The notes: generated by a model not told the origin, from the letters alone. Positions 25,710-43,060 are shown, counted from the stretch's first letter. The stretch: 64,000 bases of DNA from the human T2T-CHM13v2.0 reference genome, Homo sapiens (GCF_009914755.1 NC_060932.1); one strand, 5' to 3'. Numbers and translations: made by a program.

Positions 25710-27600
25710 TTCTTTTGTTTTTATTGCTTAATATTTTGAGCACAAAAAATAATATGTAATGTATATTTAAGGTATAAAGAATAATTTAAAAAATATATAA
25801 TCCACTGCCAGATTCAGCAATTAAGTACTAAAAATAACCTTGAAGACTGTTTGTACCCTCGTTAATAATCTTACTTTTTTTTCCCATCAGAGTGTTAATT
25901 ATTCCCATGTTTCACTATGGATTAACTACATATACACCTGTCTCCAAAATATCAGAGTTAAGTGTTGTATGTTTATAGGCTTTGTATAAGTGATACCATG
26001 CTATATTTATTCTTCTATCATATTGGTGTTTTTGTAATTTAGCCATGCTGACTAGTAAAGGGCTGATATCTCATTTTTATCTTTGTATGTTATTCTCTTA
26101 GATGATTACAATACAGGAAAATTATTCATTTTCATAGTGATCATCATTTGTATTATTTCTAGGATTTTTTTTAATACAAAGCTGCAATGAATACTCTCGA
26201 TGAAGTCTCTTGACATTCAGGGCTACATTTTCTGAAGTCTCTTGGCATACACGGCAAAAATTTCTCTAGACTTTTGTGGAGGTACAAGGTATACATATTT
26301 TTAACTCTACAAGAAAATGCCAGATTGAATTTTCAAAGTTCATGTACAATGTCACATAACCATTTGCTATATATAAGCATTCCTCTTAGTCCACATCTTC
26401 ATGACAATGGGAATCTTGGCAAGCTCCTCAAATATCTCTGTTGGAATTTTAATTGAAATCTATTCAATATTTTAATCAATTTCAGAAAAGATGTCTTTGA
26501 TAGTGATTCTTTCCATTGATGTATAAGATCTTCTCCATTTGTTTTGGTCTGATTTACATTCTATAAGCATAGCCTGGTGTAAATGTCTATCAAGAAGATT
26601 TTTAGATTGTTTTCAAAGAGAAAGGCAATGGATTTTTAATCAGCCACTTGGTAAAATGGAGGACAAATTTTTTTCTCTAAGTTTCTCCGATGTCTTGTAT
26701 AGTCAGTTATATTACCTATGACTAATACAGATTTGGTGTTTTTTTAAACATTTAAGTATTTCATTATATTTTTATTTTTTTCTACTCAACAAACAAATGT
26801 TGAATAGAAGCCATAATAACCATTTTTCTCATTTATTATTTTAAAAATGTTTTTAATGTTTTAGCATTTGATATTAGTTGTATATCCATGATCATTAATT
26901 AAGATGTGTAGGATTCATTCTGTTTCTAGTTTGCAAATTATTTTTAAAATAAAATTGCACTGAATTTTTCAAATGCTTAAAAAATATCTATTGAGATGAC
27001 ATTATGGCATTCTTCCTGTTCTTTTTTCAGTTTACTAACTTAGGAAATTAAGTAAATGAGTTTCTCAAAAATTAGGTAAATTAATTTAGGAATTTAAGAA
27101 GTAGCTAAATAAATTTTACCACATTAAAGCCGTTATTGAATGATCTTGAATGGGTATTTTTTAGCATCAGTGTTAATGAGTAAGATTGATTACTCTGTCT
27201 CTTATTTGTAACACACTTATATAAGCCTCATAAAAAGAATGGTATAGTGGCCTCTTTTTATTTTCTCTAGAAATTTATGTACATAATAAGAATTATGTAT
27301 TTATAAGAAGTATTTGTTTATTGATAGTTCAGTAAAACTAAACTTTAAAGTTATTTAAAATTATTTGTTAAATATTTTTAAATGTATTCAATTTCTTTAA
27401 TTCGTTATAAATCTATTCATCCTACTTCTTGAATTAGTTGTGTTGCTATGTTTTTCTTGGAATTGATCATCATTTCTAAATTTAATATATATTGACAAAG
27501 CAGTGCTCAAAGTTTTCTCTCTTTTATTTACCATCTCTCTATAGTTTTTTTTTATTATTATTGTTGATATTTTTATTTCTCCTTGTTGTCTTGGCTAGTC
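25710..27600 (-). mobile_element. Very decayed old L1 (L1ME-like) fragments
   Basis: Antisense L1-like motifs (gctgcaatgaatact, tgttggaattttaattgaa, aatgttgaatagaag, tctattgagatga). Confidence 0.45.
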
Positions 27601-28099
27601 TTTTATGAAATCAATTTTACCTTGAATAGCCATTGAAGTGAAGAGGGCTGGTGACAAATAAGTATGTGTTGCTTGATTAAACAATCTTGAAACTGTAGTG
27701 TAAGGAATTTTAATTATCAAATTCAAAATTATTAAATAATAAAATTGTATAGACTATCCAGTATGTAATAAATTTTTTATCATGAAGTGTTTTCCCAAGA
27801 TAGTAAGGATGCTTCTAAAAAATAATAATGAAGAACTTTTAAAGTAAATCATCTTATTAAAGATAAATGAAAAAACAGTTTGTAGAATTATCATATCTAG
27901 AGTTCACTGAGTTTCAGAATGACTTCCAGATTAACTTGATCATATTATGGGAAGCCTATTTTAATTAACTATGGTTCACTAATATGTTTTACCTTAATTG
28001 AACATTCTGGATGTAAACAAGTAAATAATGAAAAGGGACTTATTAATTTCAATATTGTGAACAAAATAGAAGATATTTCTGTTATTTTTGGACCACTGC

Positions 28100-28305
28100 A
28101 TTTTTGGTTTCCAAGTGGCTTATGTGTATTAATCAAATTTTGCCAATTACTTAAACTCTCTGTGCCACTTTTCTCTTTGTAAAATAGTGGGAAAATAAAA
28201 CTGACCTCATTACTTTTTCAGGGAATTCATTTAATCATCATATGTCCATCTCATAGAAGACATCCTATGCATAATAAGTGCAGAGTAAGCATTAACTATT
28301 GCTAA
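28100..28305 (+). mobile_element. MIR
   Basis: ttacttaaactctctgtgcc...tttgtaaaatagtggg...ctgacctcat core. Confidence 0.6.
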
Positions 28306-28739
28306 TATCATAGGTAAATATATAATAATGTATCTAATGATTACTGATTTAGTATGACTGGATCCTTCTGAACTAATGGCAAAGGTGTGCTGCTGACTCC
28401 TATAAATATCTTCTTTGAACAATGAAAAACAAAGTTTGAGGTCTCAAGGTAGCATTTAAACAGCTGTAATCAGGGTGCATGCCTTAATAGCCACCGTCAT
28501 TCCCCTCAAATGTGTCACTACTATCTAGTTTATATTGCAATTTAAGCTAAACATTGCTTAGTATCTAAGTTCTAATCACGTGACCTTTCTTTTTCCAGGG
28601 AAGAAAGTTCCCAGCATTACGTACTTGAGATGATGTCTGAAAATGTCTGACTATTTAGTCTGGTGGAAGTTAGACTAAATAGTAACCTTCTATTTAGGGT
28701 TTTACCAAACACAAAAAGACTATTTTGCAGAGGAAGAGC

Positions 28740-29625
28740 CACGTTGTCAAATAATATAGTAAAACTGGGCATCATTGTCTTGATTCTGATGAGAATTCTG
28801 CTTCCTTATTTATAATCTTTATGCTTTTTTTCCCCTCCTTACCTTATATCATAGAATAGCATCTTCAATAAAATGTTAAATATAAATGGTAAGAGTAGAC
28901 ACCTGTTCCCAATCTTAGGGAAAATATTTCCAAGTTTTAGTGTCAGGTATGATGTTAGCTGCAGGTTTTTTTCTTTTAAATAGATGGCCTTTGTTAGGTT
29001 TTGGAAGCTCCTCCTCTGCCCCTCTTGATTCCTAAGTTCTATAGGAATTTTTTGAAAAATCATGATTGGTAGTTGAATATTTTCAAATGCTTTTTCTTTA
29101 TCTATTGAGATAAGCAAATAACTTTTTTTATTTTGTTAAAATATTAAACTGTATTGACTGATTTTGTGTGTGTGACTGTTAAATTAACCTTGCATTTTTG
29201 GGACAAACTACACATGGCCATGTGTGGCATCTTTTTATGTATTGTTAGATTTGATTTTGCTAACGTTTTATGAATGATTTTTGTTTCTACTTTTATGAAG
29301 AATATTCGTACATAGTTTATTTTCCTTATAATGTTATTTTCTCATTTGGGTATCAGAAAAAATAGACATAATGCATTTCCGAGTGTTTCCTCTTTATTTT
29401 CTGAAAGAGTTTGCGGAGAATCAATATTATTCCTGCCACGAAGGCTGGGTCTCATTAGGAGAAAAGCCGCCTAAGCCTGAAGTTTCTTTATGGAATAGTT
29501 TTGAATTACAAATTCAAACTCTTTAATAGATACAGGACGATTCAGGTCTTTTGTTTCATCTTTTGTCAGTTTTAGTAATTGATGTATTTTAAGGAATCTA
29601 CCAATGTTACCAGACTTGTCAAATG
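28740..29625 (-). mobile_element. Old L1M ORF2 (reverse transcriptase region) fragment
   Basis: ORF 28839-29117 MLISIDKEKAFENIQLP...CLLLPFIFNILL resembles ORF2p [14 protein letters not shown]...[12 protein letters not shown]. Confidence 0.8.
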
Positions 29626-29958
29626 ATAGAACACTACTAAACAACTTAATCTTGTATTCTCACTGACCTCAAACTCTAAGTCTTATGGTGACATTTAGTG
29701 TGATTGCCCATGGGCAGAATGATGTCTTTCTACCATGTGACTTCATAGAATTATGTCATTCTCTTTAGTAAACTTTCACCTCCCTCCCTTCCTTATCCAT
29801 ATTTCATATTCTTATGCATCTTTCAAAACTATACTCAAATTTTATCTCCTTGCTAAAGATCCAATGGCTCCTCTCATGCCCAGGATTCCCACTAAGCATG
29901 TCACCCAATCTTTAGTGCCTGATTTCTTCATTTAGTTATTTATTTAAAAATATTTAGT

Positions 29959-30227
<269 letters not shown>

Positions 30228-31594
30228 GAGTGATTATGATATGCCAAGTACTATGTTGAGTGTGTTGTGCGATATCAAACAGATTAGGTTGACTTCTTCA
30301 TAAAACCTTGGCATCAACAAAATAAATTAGATAATCAGGCCAACAAAAGATTTACTGGAGAGAAGAAATTTGTACTGAGAATTTGAAGCATAAGTCAAAG
30401 CAGACCTGAAAATGCCCATGTGAATGAATATTTTAGGTGGAAGGATAGTATGCACAAAGAATGCAGTATGTAAGGGGTGTGGAGGAGAAAAACGTGGGAA
30501 GGATTTTAAAAATGAAGTTGGAAAGTTAAGTGGGGCACTGCCTGAGCAGGTTTATAATAATATTTGCTGACTGAATTTAGGTCTTATCTGTTTGAAGAAT
30601 TGGCAGATAGTACATTAGATAACCTAGATGATATTTGAAATTTGTTACATAAAACATAAAGTAAGAATATGACATCAGTTCTGACAATGTAAAAACATAG
30701 AAAGAAGTACAATTGTTAGGTGCGTACCAGTTTAAACAATCTAATTTCCAAATAATCACTTTACTAAAAATAACCCACACCATGACAGTAAAAATTATTC
30801 TGAGAAAATTGAATTATTTTATGGAATTATTTTATTATTTTATTGAATTGTGTCTTCTGGATGATTTGATTTCTACCGCTGGAACTACCAGACATATACA
30901 TTCATTTGGCTGTCTCTAAAGCCATTCTTTCAAATCTTCTTCAGAGGATTTGGAAATGAAACACTGAATGAGGAATTATCTTGTAACTTATAAAAAATTT
31001 AAAACACAGGATTCATATCCCTAAGATAGACACATTAAATAACACAAGCAGAAAGATAATGAACAAATAAGGCAATTCATAAAATTATTTAGTGAATAAT
31101 ATAATGAAACTATATTTAGGCGATTTTTATATGCTATTCTATATTTGTCTTGTTATTTTATAAGCACAATTCTTCACTAAAATAAAATATTAACCAAATT
31201 ACTGAATCAGCCTCTTATTGTGAAATATAGATGTCTTTGTAAATGTGGAGCTTAAGAGAACTAAGACAAGTGAGTAGTCATTTAGCATCTCCTAAACTTT
31301 ACCTTACAATTGTACTTTTTGACCCCTATAAAATTTTGGAGTCAATGTCAAATTTAATATGACATTACATTCTACTTTTCATTATTATAGTGGTGTAAAT
31401 ATGCTAGCTCAGTTAGATTGAATGTATTCTAGTCAGTGACTGCATCTTGCTCATTTCTGTGTACAACATAGTATGACACAATGTTTTCTTCATAGAAGAT
31501 CTTCACTAATCTTTTTAATTTAAATGAGTTAAACACAAGAGATATTAACATTTCTCATCAGTACCAATCTTTTTGTCTTTTTTGTCTTCTAGGT

Positions 31595-31952
31595 AAGCAG
31601 AACACTCTACTGAAATTTCACTTAGCTGGGGCTATGGGACTGGTTCTGCCCAAAAGGTGGCAAGCATATATGGCAAGTGTCATTTCCTGCCCTAAGCCTT
31701 TAGTTTCCAGAACAACTTCTGTCTGTCATTTCATCTCATGATAGAGCAACAGAGGTAACATATTCTTGTGGGTATCGTTAAAAGATGACGTAACCTCTGA
31801 CAACCTGAGTCCATAAATGTCTGCACAGAGGACAGCCCCTTTCTAACCAGCCTGTGATATACCATGAAACAAACCTTTTTATTGCCTTAAGCCACAGAGA
31901 TATTTGCAGATGTGTTTCACTTCAGCAAAGCTGGTTCTATCATAACTAATAT
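31595..31952 (+). mobile_element. Old MLT1 (J/K-like) LTR
   Basis: 3' motif ttattgccttaagccacagagat...cataactaatata. Confidence 0.55.
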
Positions 31953-32962
31953 ATATTTTTCTTAAGTATAAAACACTAGTGTTTATATGAATCTCAGTAA
32001 TCTCTCCTCATTGCTTTTTCTTACTAGGGGATTGTCTAAATAAGACAGAAACGAGTCCTAATGAGTTGTACATACATAACCAGCTATCTGCTTTTTAAAG
32101 TTTACATTGCTCTATGTTGAATGGATACTAACAAGTATCATTTGGATACCACAGCAGATACTGAAAAACACTTGAGATTAGAAGGCTGGTACATAACAGA
32201 GTCCCAATAAATTATTGATTAATAGAAACACTGTATCATTGGGGCTTTACAAATGTTTCAAAATGCATAACGACATGAATTTTGAACAATCCTAAACCAG
32301 ATAGATAGTACCCTCATATTCTTTTGTCCAGAATTATACAGGGACCTCAGGATTTTGCTAGAGACTTTTTATATTAATCTTTCTAAACATCATAAACTAA
32401 ACATATTTCAATATACTCTTTTTTAGAGTCTCATTTTACTTTCCATTGAAACTGTAAAGGATTTCAGGTTAGTTTTTATTATGGGTTTTGCTCTACTTCA
32501 TATCAGGGTGATATAGCAGAGAAGAAGTGATGGGAGAGGAGCATTGTACAAGCGTGTTCTTCTCATTGCCAGCTGACCACAGGCTCACTCTATTTGCCAT
32601 AACATTTCTCTCCCTGTCTATCTTATTTCTTTCTGGCCTCACAGGGTCATATCTAAAAACATTTTAAGAAAAAATAAATTAAAAATATGGAAACGTAAGA
32701 AAAGATCATTTGCCTGATATTTAAGCTTCGAAATCCAACATTGAAACTAGACTAAATTCCTATGAGCAACTATTTTTCAAACTGTTCTGCAGTTGTCTGG
32801 TTTTATTTCACTTTCCAAAACCTATCATTATCACCCATTTCTTGAGGATACGCTCTCTAGTGAATTCAAGCTAGGACAGTGTCAGTTGCACTTCAATCAT
32901 TAACTATTACTTCCTCTGGATAACAAAGAAAGAGCTTTCCACATATGATATAACAAAGCAGA

Positions 32963-35538
<2,576 letters not shown>

Positions 35539-36441
35539 CTACATATGCGGAATATTCAGAATATCTGTGTGTAAGATATCTGTCAAAATCTACATAGTAG
35601 TTCCATTCTACATTCTGAACTCTCTTTTATAAATGTTACTTGGTTTTTGTTATGGCCACTCTTTCGTTTTTTATTCTGGAAAGCAGAATTTATCAATCAG
35701 ATTCACAAATAATCAGGTTGTTTGCTCAAATAAGATTTCAATAATTCTCAAGGTATAAGTAGAAAGAAACATGAATTCACAAATAGATAACATATGTTCA
35801 GGAAAAATAAACATGGGTACATGGGTATATCACATCATATCATATTTTAGCTCTTCATGGGACAAACTGCCTTGGGACACAGGTTTTGAAGATTTAATGT
35901 ATGAGGACACCTTTTAATACGACAAAAGGGTATATTGACAGACAATTGAAAATAGTTGTATTTTTAATCTCTACTGGTTGAGAAAGCACTTGATAACACA
36001 GAGTTTCCAATAACACATTTATAATAGTTCATGGTAGGTTGTGCTATGGTAACAAAACAAAAGAAAAACATATGTAAGTAACTTAAGAAAAAAAAGAAAG
36101 GTTTATTTCTCAATCACATTATAAATTGGTGGCTATAGGCTGGTTATAGGACTGCTCGATATGTCTTTCAATACCAGTATTTCAGCTAATAAGAAGGCAC
36201 TATTGGAGATATCCTGTTCCTGCAATTTTTGAAATTTTGAATCAACTGATCTTTGATACTGTAAAAATGTCTTGTAGTTTATATATTCTTTGTCAGCTTA
36301 ATTGTAAGTTTTTACTTACTGTTGTGTGTATATGTGTGTGTGTACCTTTTCTTATAGTTTTCTAACAAAAATTTTTAGCTGAAATAGCTATCCTACCATC
36401 TCTCCATCTTTTTCTTTCTTTTTTCTTTCTTTTTGTTTTCA

Positions 36442-37007
36442 AGAACTAGAAATACCATTTGACCCAGCGATCCCATAACTGGGTATATACCCAAAGGATT
36501 ATAAATCATGCTATTATAAAGACACGTGCACACATATATTTACTGCAGCATTATTCACAATAGCAAAGACTTAGAACCAACTCAAATGTCTATCAATGAT
36601 AGACTGGATTAAGAAAATGTGGCACATATACACCATGGAATATTATGCAGCCATAAAAAAAGGATGAGTTCATGTCCTTTGCAGGGACATAGATGAAGCT
36701 GGAAACCATCATTCTCAGCAAACTATCACAAGGACGGAAAATCAAACACCACATGTTCTCACTCATAGGTGGGAACTGAACAATGAGAACACTTGGATGC
36801 AGGGCAGGGAACATCACACACCAGGGCCTGTCAGGGGATGGGGGTCTGGGGGAGGGATAGCATTAGGAGAAATACCTAATGTAGATGATGAGTTGATGGG
36901 TGCAGCAAACCAACATGGCACATGTATACCTATGTAACAAACCTGCACGTTGTGCACATGTACCCTAGAACTTAAAGTATGATAAAATATATATATATAT
37001 ATATATT
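36442..37007 (+). mobile_element. L1PA6/7-like 3' end with an (AT)n tail
   Basis: gaactagaaataccatttgacccagc...gtaccctagaacttaaagtat. Confidence 0.93.
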
Positions 37008-37699
37008 TAAAAATCCAAGTTATCCATTTACAGTGGGTAAATGCCACCAACTAAGAACCTATTAAGTCATTAAAGAAAATGTTCATTATATGTTTAGTTC
37101 CAATTTCCCATGATCCATCTTATTAATTCTTTTATAATTATAGAATTTCTTTTAAAGATCAAACTACTATGTATTTGCTGAAAACATCTCTTAAAATTAT
37201 TCACTGTGATATATCTGACTTTGTTCACAACAAACAACTTCACTTTTATTTTTTAAAAAATGTCATTTTCAGTTGCCATTCATTATGAAATTTGCAACAG
37301 ATCACCAGTTTCTGCATCTCCACTTGGTTAAACATCAGTATTATGCCTTTAAATTTGCAAATTTTTCTATACTTAGTATTTAAAGTAGAAAAATACTTTA
37401 TGTTAAAATTAACATACCGCATATTTCAATTTAACTGTCACTATAATTTACCAAATTATGACTAACTCCAGGGTATGTATGCAATATCCAAATAAGCAAA
37501 TTGAAATGTTTTACTAGATGTGTAGAAAAAATATATTTAAATGAATCAATCTGTTGACACTGATCGTTTGTCACTGAGTATGTTGCTAATGAGTTTATGT
37601 GTAACAATAGAAACAATACACATGCCTAACAACTGCAATGTAACAATAGCTAACTTGATGCAATGGTTAAAGTAAAAAAAATTCCTATGATACAGTAAG

Positions 37700-37854
37700 A
37701 TGTTTCTAATAAAAATATTTTATACTGCTATGAGGTTTAAGTTAAAATTAATTAAAATGTAAAATTCAGTGTTTTGATCATATTTGCTATATATTTCATG
37801 GGCTCAATAGCTGCTTGGGGCTAGTGCCTATGATATTAGAGAACACAATCATAG
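37700..37854. mobile_element. MER3/MER33-like hAT-Charlie fragment
   Basis: aaaattcagt...atttcatgggctcaatagc...ggctagtgccta..atattag terminal motif. Confidence 0.55.
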
Positions 37855-39901
37855 AGCAACTGGCAGTGATTTTTATGAGTGGCATTTGATTAACTGCATG
37901 GAAGTGGGCTAACTACAGGGAAAAACAAGTGGAGATGTTCAAAGGCATTGTTTTCTAACATGTCGATTTGCCACTGTGTATTATGTATTTGACCGGAAGT
38001 AATAAGGGAATTTCAAAGATTTTTTTTTGTTTGCTTTTATATGCCTGATTTAAACTCTATGTTTCCCAGTCAAAATGTCCTAAGTGAAAAGATATTCTTG
38101 ATAAACAAATCTGTATTGAATGCTAACTGCACCAAACACTGTTAGGAGCCATATATCTTGTATCTTGTAATCACCTAATTTAGGCAAGGGATTTAAAGTG
38201 TTTCGTACCCTCTGCCATGATTCCATATAGAATTTCAAGTCAAATGCTGGCATGGGAATACATGTATCTGCTTTGTATTTACAATTTTGTCACAAGCCAC
38301 TTGTATCACTTTGGAGAAATCATGTGAAATTGATTCTCAATGCTACGGTGACACAAAGCCTAGAATTACTTATATATAGCAAGAAATTGCCTTCCTTTCT
38401 CCTATCCCAAACACTTGGTCCATTTTATACAAGGATAAAAAACACATAGGAAACAAAACTGACTGCTTTGTGATAATACATAGCTAGGTGTTGACCTTTG
38501 ACGTATAAAATAAACCTAAAAAAAAGTCACTTGAGATTTAAAGCATGTTCCTTAAAAAAGATGGAATACATTGTTTTCTTCAGTTCTCCACAGTATCACC
38601 TGAATTTCTGTGCCAGCGATTAAAAAAGAAAAAAGAAGTTTTAAAAACAGCATTCATAAATGATTAGTTCAAAACCAGGTAGGATTATCCAGGCAAAAAA
38701 TCTACATTTTTGCAATCTTAATACACAGGGACACGATCACAATTATATGCAAGTCATTAGCCCACACATTATCTATCAAACTCTTTCTCAATGTGGCTCT
38801 AAATCTTCCCTTGTCAGAAAATGAACAAAATGTCCAGAAGTTTGAAACTGTGGCTGCTCACAGACCTTGATCTGGGTTCCAACTGTATCACCTAATATCA
38901 AATTCCCTTGCATTGTACAAAGATGGTTGTTACTGCAAATGCTGTTTTGATTAGGAAATAAATGCCTTATTCCATTAGAGAAGAAAGATTATATCACACT
39001 TAAACTTGCAAAATGGTTTTGCATTCTTATAGAGGAAATCATGTGTTTTAGGGGCAAGAGCACTACCGGGAATTAGAAAACTTTGCTTATGCTCCTGGCC
39101 TTATTGCTGACACACTGTTTAGCATTAACACCAAACTTCCCACTGCCTCAAATTGCTAATGTGTGTGATGAGTTATCTGTTACACCACTGGTATCTGCTT
39201 AACAGGGATGATATGAGAATTAATTAAGGGACTCTTTAATCTGCTTATGGCTGCTCTAGAAAATATATTTTAAAATGAATAAATGAAAGTTACTTAGTAA
39301 AACTGCTTTATAAATATTCTCAGAAATGATATTTTTGATTTAATGGATTCCAAAAGGAGCAACGAAAATTCAACGACTCTCCACTTTGAGTCAAGGAAGG
39401 CAATGATTACGGAACTACAGCATTGTATGGTGTTCTGTTCTCCATGGACACACTACTACTCACCAGCCTGCTGATACCACAATGATTCAGGATAAAAGGA
39501 AAAATGATTCAGGGTAAAAGGAAAGCATCTGCTCTTCCATAGAGAAATGAAGATAACCAAATTAACCAAGCACACTTGAGTAGATGATAATTGTACTCAA
39601 AGGATAAAAAACATCTTGCTTTCCTGGAAATCCTGATACAGATGGTGTAAAACTCTGTTGCCTATCACATGAAATGAGGCCTTATGTTGAAATTCACTGA
39701 TTAAACATGCTGCTTTAAGGATGTATGCTTTTTGAAAACACAATAAACACATAAATTATAATTATAATTTAGTGTAATATAACTGTCATTATAATTTTTA
39801 AACATGTTAAAAAACACAATAGAATGAAAAATTATATTAGGGTAAACAAGTGTTATATAGCTTAAGTATAGTTGGAAGGTCTGGAATATACAATAAATCA
39901 C

Positions 39902-40293
39902 TGTGTTATTCTGTTTTGTGCTGCTATAACAGAATACCTGAGACTGTGTAATTATGATCAATAGAAATTTACTGGCTCATGCTTCTGGGGGCTGGGAGGT
40001 TCAAGACTGACGGACTGGCATCTGGCAAAGGTTTTCTTGCTATGTCATTCCATGGTAGAGGGCAGAAGAGCAAGAAAACTCAAGAGAGAAAATAAAAGAA
40101 GCCAAACTTCCCCTTTTATAATGAACTCATTCCCACACTAATGAACCCATTCCTGAGGTAGCAGCAGGAATCCATCCACTCCTCCTTCATGAACTAATCC
40201 CCTCTCATTTGGCTCCATCTCCCAACAGTGGTGCATTGTGGATTAAGTTTTCAAGGCAGGCTTTTTCAGGAGGATACATTCAAATCACAGGCA
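39902..40293 (-). mobile_element. MST (MSTB/C-like) solo LTR
   Basis: tgtgttattctgttttgtgctgctataacagaatacctgagact...acattcaaatcacaggca; atcac-like flanks. Confidence 0.85.
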
Positions 40294-41279
40294 TCACATA
40301 TAGCCTCACTTTATGAATAAGTCTAGGCATATCTAGACAATTCTATCAGCCAAGTCCCACAGGTAACTTTAAAATGTAGTGAGTCATGCCCCCCACACCC
40401 CCATGAAATTCTGACTCAATCTTTAAAATAACAGAATGTTTAGAAGAGGCGTAATATTTTGATATATACTACTTTACTAATGCATAAGTGAAACACAAAA
40501 TGTATTGAACTAATATTCAAAATATACACAATACAATACTTATGACACTGAATAACAGATAAGAATCCTGAATCTTTGAATTTGTATTTTACAAGCCCCA
40601 TGTGGAAATCTGCAAAAGACATGGAGTTGGCAATTCTGAGTTTTCATCTTGAATTTGACAAGTGAACTCTGTGATCCTGGGCAAGTCAAGTATTGTCACT
40701 TAAAAAAAACAACAAAATTGGTCAAAATTGTCTTCCAGTTCCAAGTAAAAATCTCTGAATTAGATATAAACTTCATTTTTTTCTTAAGTCACAAATTAAA
40801 ACACAATGCTTACTTGATACATTATAAAGAGGAAGGTGACAAATACATTGTAAAAACTAATGTCGTCCTCTGTTAATGTTTTAAAACATTTAAAAATGTT
40901 CAAATTATTCAATTACTAAGCCGACAAAGTGCTAGCCAGTTTTTATAAAATCACATGATTACATAAATAAATATTAGCAATAATAAATCCATATATGAAG
41001 CAAATTCTTAAATTTGACAACCAAGCAAATAGTCTCTTCCCCCCTTTTTTCTTTTCAGAAACATTTACTTTAGTAAGTAAGGTCCTTTAAGATCCTCTTT
41101 TAGGATATTTAAATTAGTAATCTCTATTTGTCATTATCTACACTAACTCAAAATTAATCAATTAAAACTATGTTTATTGAGAGGTTAACTTTGTAAAGCA
41201 AAATGAACAAAACAATGACGAAATAAAAACAAATAGAAATAGTTATATCAGAAACATCCAGACGTGCTTTATTTCAACT

Positions 41280-41520
41280 AACATTAGACAACCACTTACT
41301 CTGTTAGACCCCATTATAAGTGCTTTATCGCTTTTCTTAAATCCTCATAACTCAAAAGATGTAGCCACTATCATTATGTCAATTACACAGATAACACAAA
41401 GGCATGAAGAAGTTAAGAAATGCTTAATTAAGCTCACCCAGCTTCCAAGTGGCAAAGCCAGTATTCATAGCCGGGAATTTTAGCACCAGAGTCTATGTTG
41501 TACACCACCCTGTAGCCTTT
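41280..41520 (-). mobile_element. MIR
   Basis: taaatcctcataac...cattatgtcaattacacagataa...aagtggcaaagccagtattc. Confidence 0.6.
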
Positions 41521-41619
41521 CAGTAAATGTAATTTGGTTTGGGAAGCAATAAATAGATCAGCTTGGTGTAATTACAGAAAATATGAGATGGTGATCAGAA
41601 TTAGAGTTTGTTTGGCACT

Positions 41620-42050
41620 AGGTGCTAGGTCAAGGGGTTTGGATTTAATTTTATAAAACACGAGAATTATTGAAATTTTCCAAGCTGAGGTGTGATATGG
41701 TAAGAGCAGAGTTTCAAAAGATTCATCTGGCAGTAGCGTGCACGGTGTGTTAGAGAGATCTTTCAAGTTAGGAAGCTCTCATGATTGTGAAAATGAGTGG
41801 GCAGTGATGAGGAAATGGAAAGCCGGTGTATGAAATGTGAGGCGGCATTGTGAAAAAATGACTAAGACATGACAACCAATGAATAACGGAAGAGGAGTGA
41901 GAGAAACATGAAAGTTCAACAGTTTTGAATCTGATGGACTTGGAAATGCATGGTGCCATCACAGAGAAAAGCTATCACAAAGCACAGTTGGATTGGAATC
42001 ATTAAGGGAGGGATGATTTCAATTTTAGGTTTGTTGACAGACCTTAAAGC
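41620..42050 (-). mobile_element. L2 fragment
   Basis: Purine-rich antisense L2 motifs (tttggatttaatt, aagattcatctggcag, atggtgccatcacagaga). Confidence 0.6.
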
Positions 42051-43060
42051 CTCAGTTTAGCATTACGAAGTTCTGAGGATAAAATAACAAGTTTCTACCT
42101 AACATCCTTTTCTGGGTAGAGGTGGTTAGTAAGAGACTATTACAAATTTTCAAAAACTAAACTGCATGGAATTTTCAGAAATGCCACCAAAATCTATATT
42201 TGGATTCTGCATATAGAAAGAGAAAATTATTGTTCAAGGAAATAAAATTCAAGTAAACTTGGATACTTTCCCAGAAAAAAATCATTCGCCATTTTAACAG
42301 GGTGAAGAAAAATTTGTAGATTTTTTTTTTAGGTAACAAAACTACCTTGATACTTCCTATCATATACACAGTGTCTCCATCTGTAGCTGTACACTTGCCA
42401 AGCTGTATAATTTGAGATAAAGTACTTTAAAAATGCAAAGACAAAACTACCTAAGAATCTTACATATATGTGTGTATTATGTACATGTATGTATATATAT
42501 GTACATATATACAACTACCATTTCATATATTGTGATATTCATATAAAAATATACTTATATATACATACACACACAGACATACGCACACTTTTTCAGTATC
42601 TGCTGTGTTTCTCTGTGTTATTTTTTGCCATTATCATTCTACTATTTTGAGTATTTGCAGTTTTCTGTCATTTTATATTCATATCTTCAGTCTCCTCTTC
42701 ATTTCTTTTATGAAAAAAATAAAATTTATTGTCCTTTTATCCCTTCCTATCCTCTCATCCTAATTTAGTTAATAATGTTATCTTTTTTGATGTGTATCTT
42801 TGTGTTCAAAAATATATGTCTGCTTTCACTTTTTATCAACTTTAATAAAATGCTTTTACTTGAAGTGATCATCTATGAGGCAATAAGTGGGCTTATTTTA
42901 TAATATACTTTTTTTTTGTTAGTTGAAGTGCCTTAACATATAACATTTATATGTTATGTATGTGGTTAGGTATATGTAGGTATATGTATATGTATGTATA
43001 TGTATATATACATGACTAGTCAAGCATTGAATTTTCTGAAATGTCACCAAACATTTGATT

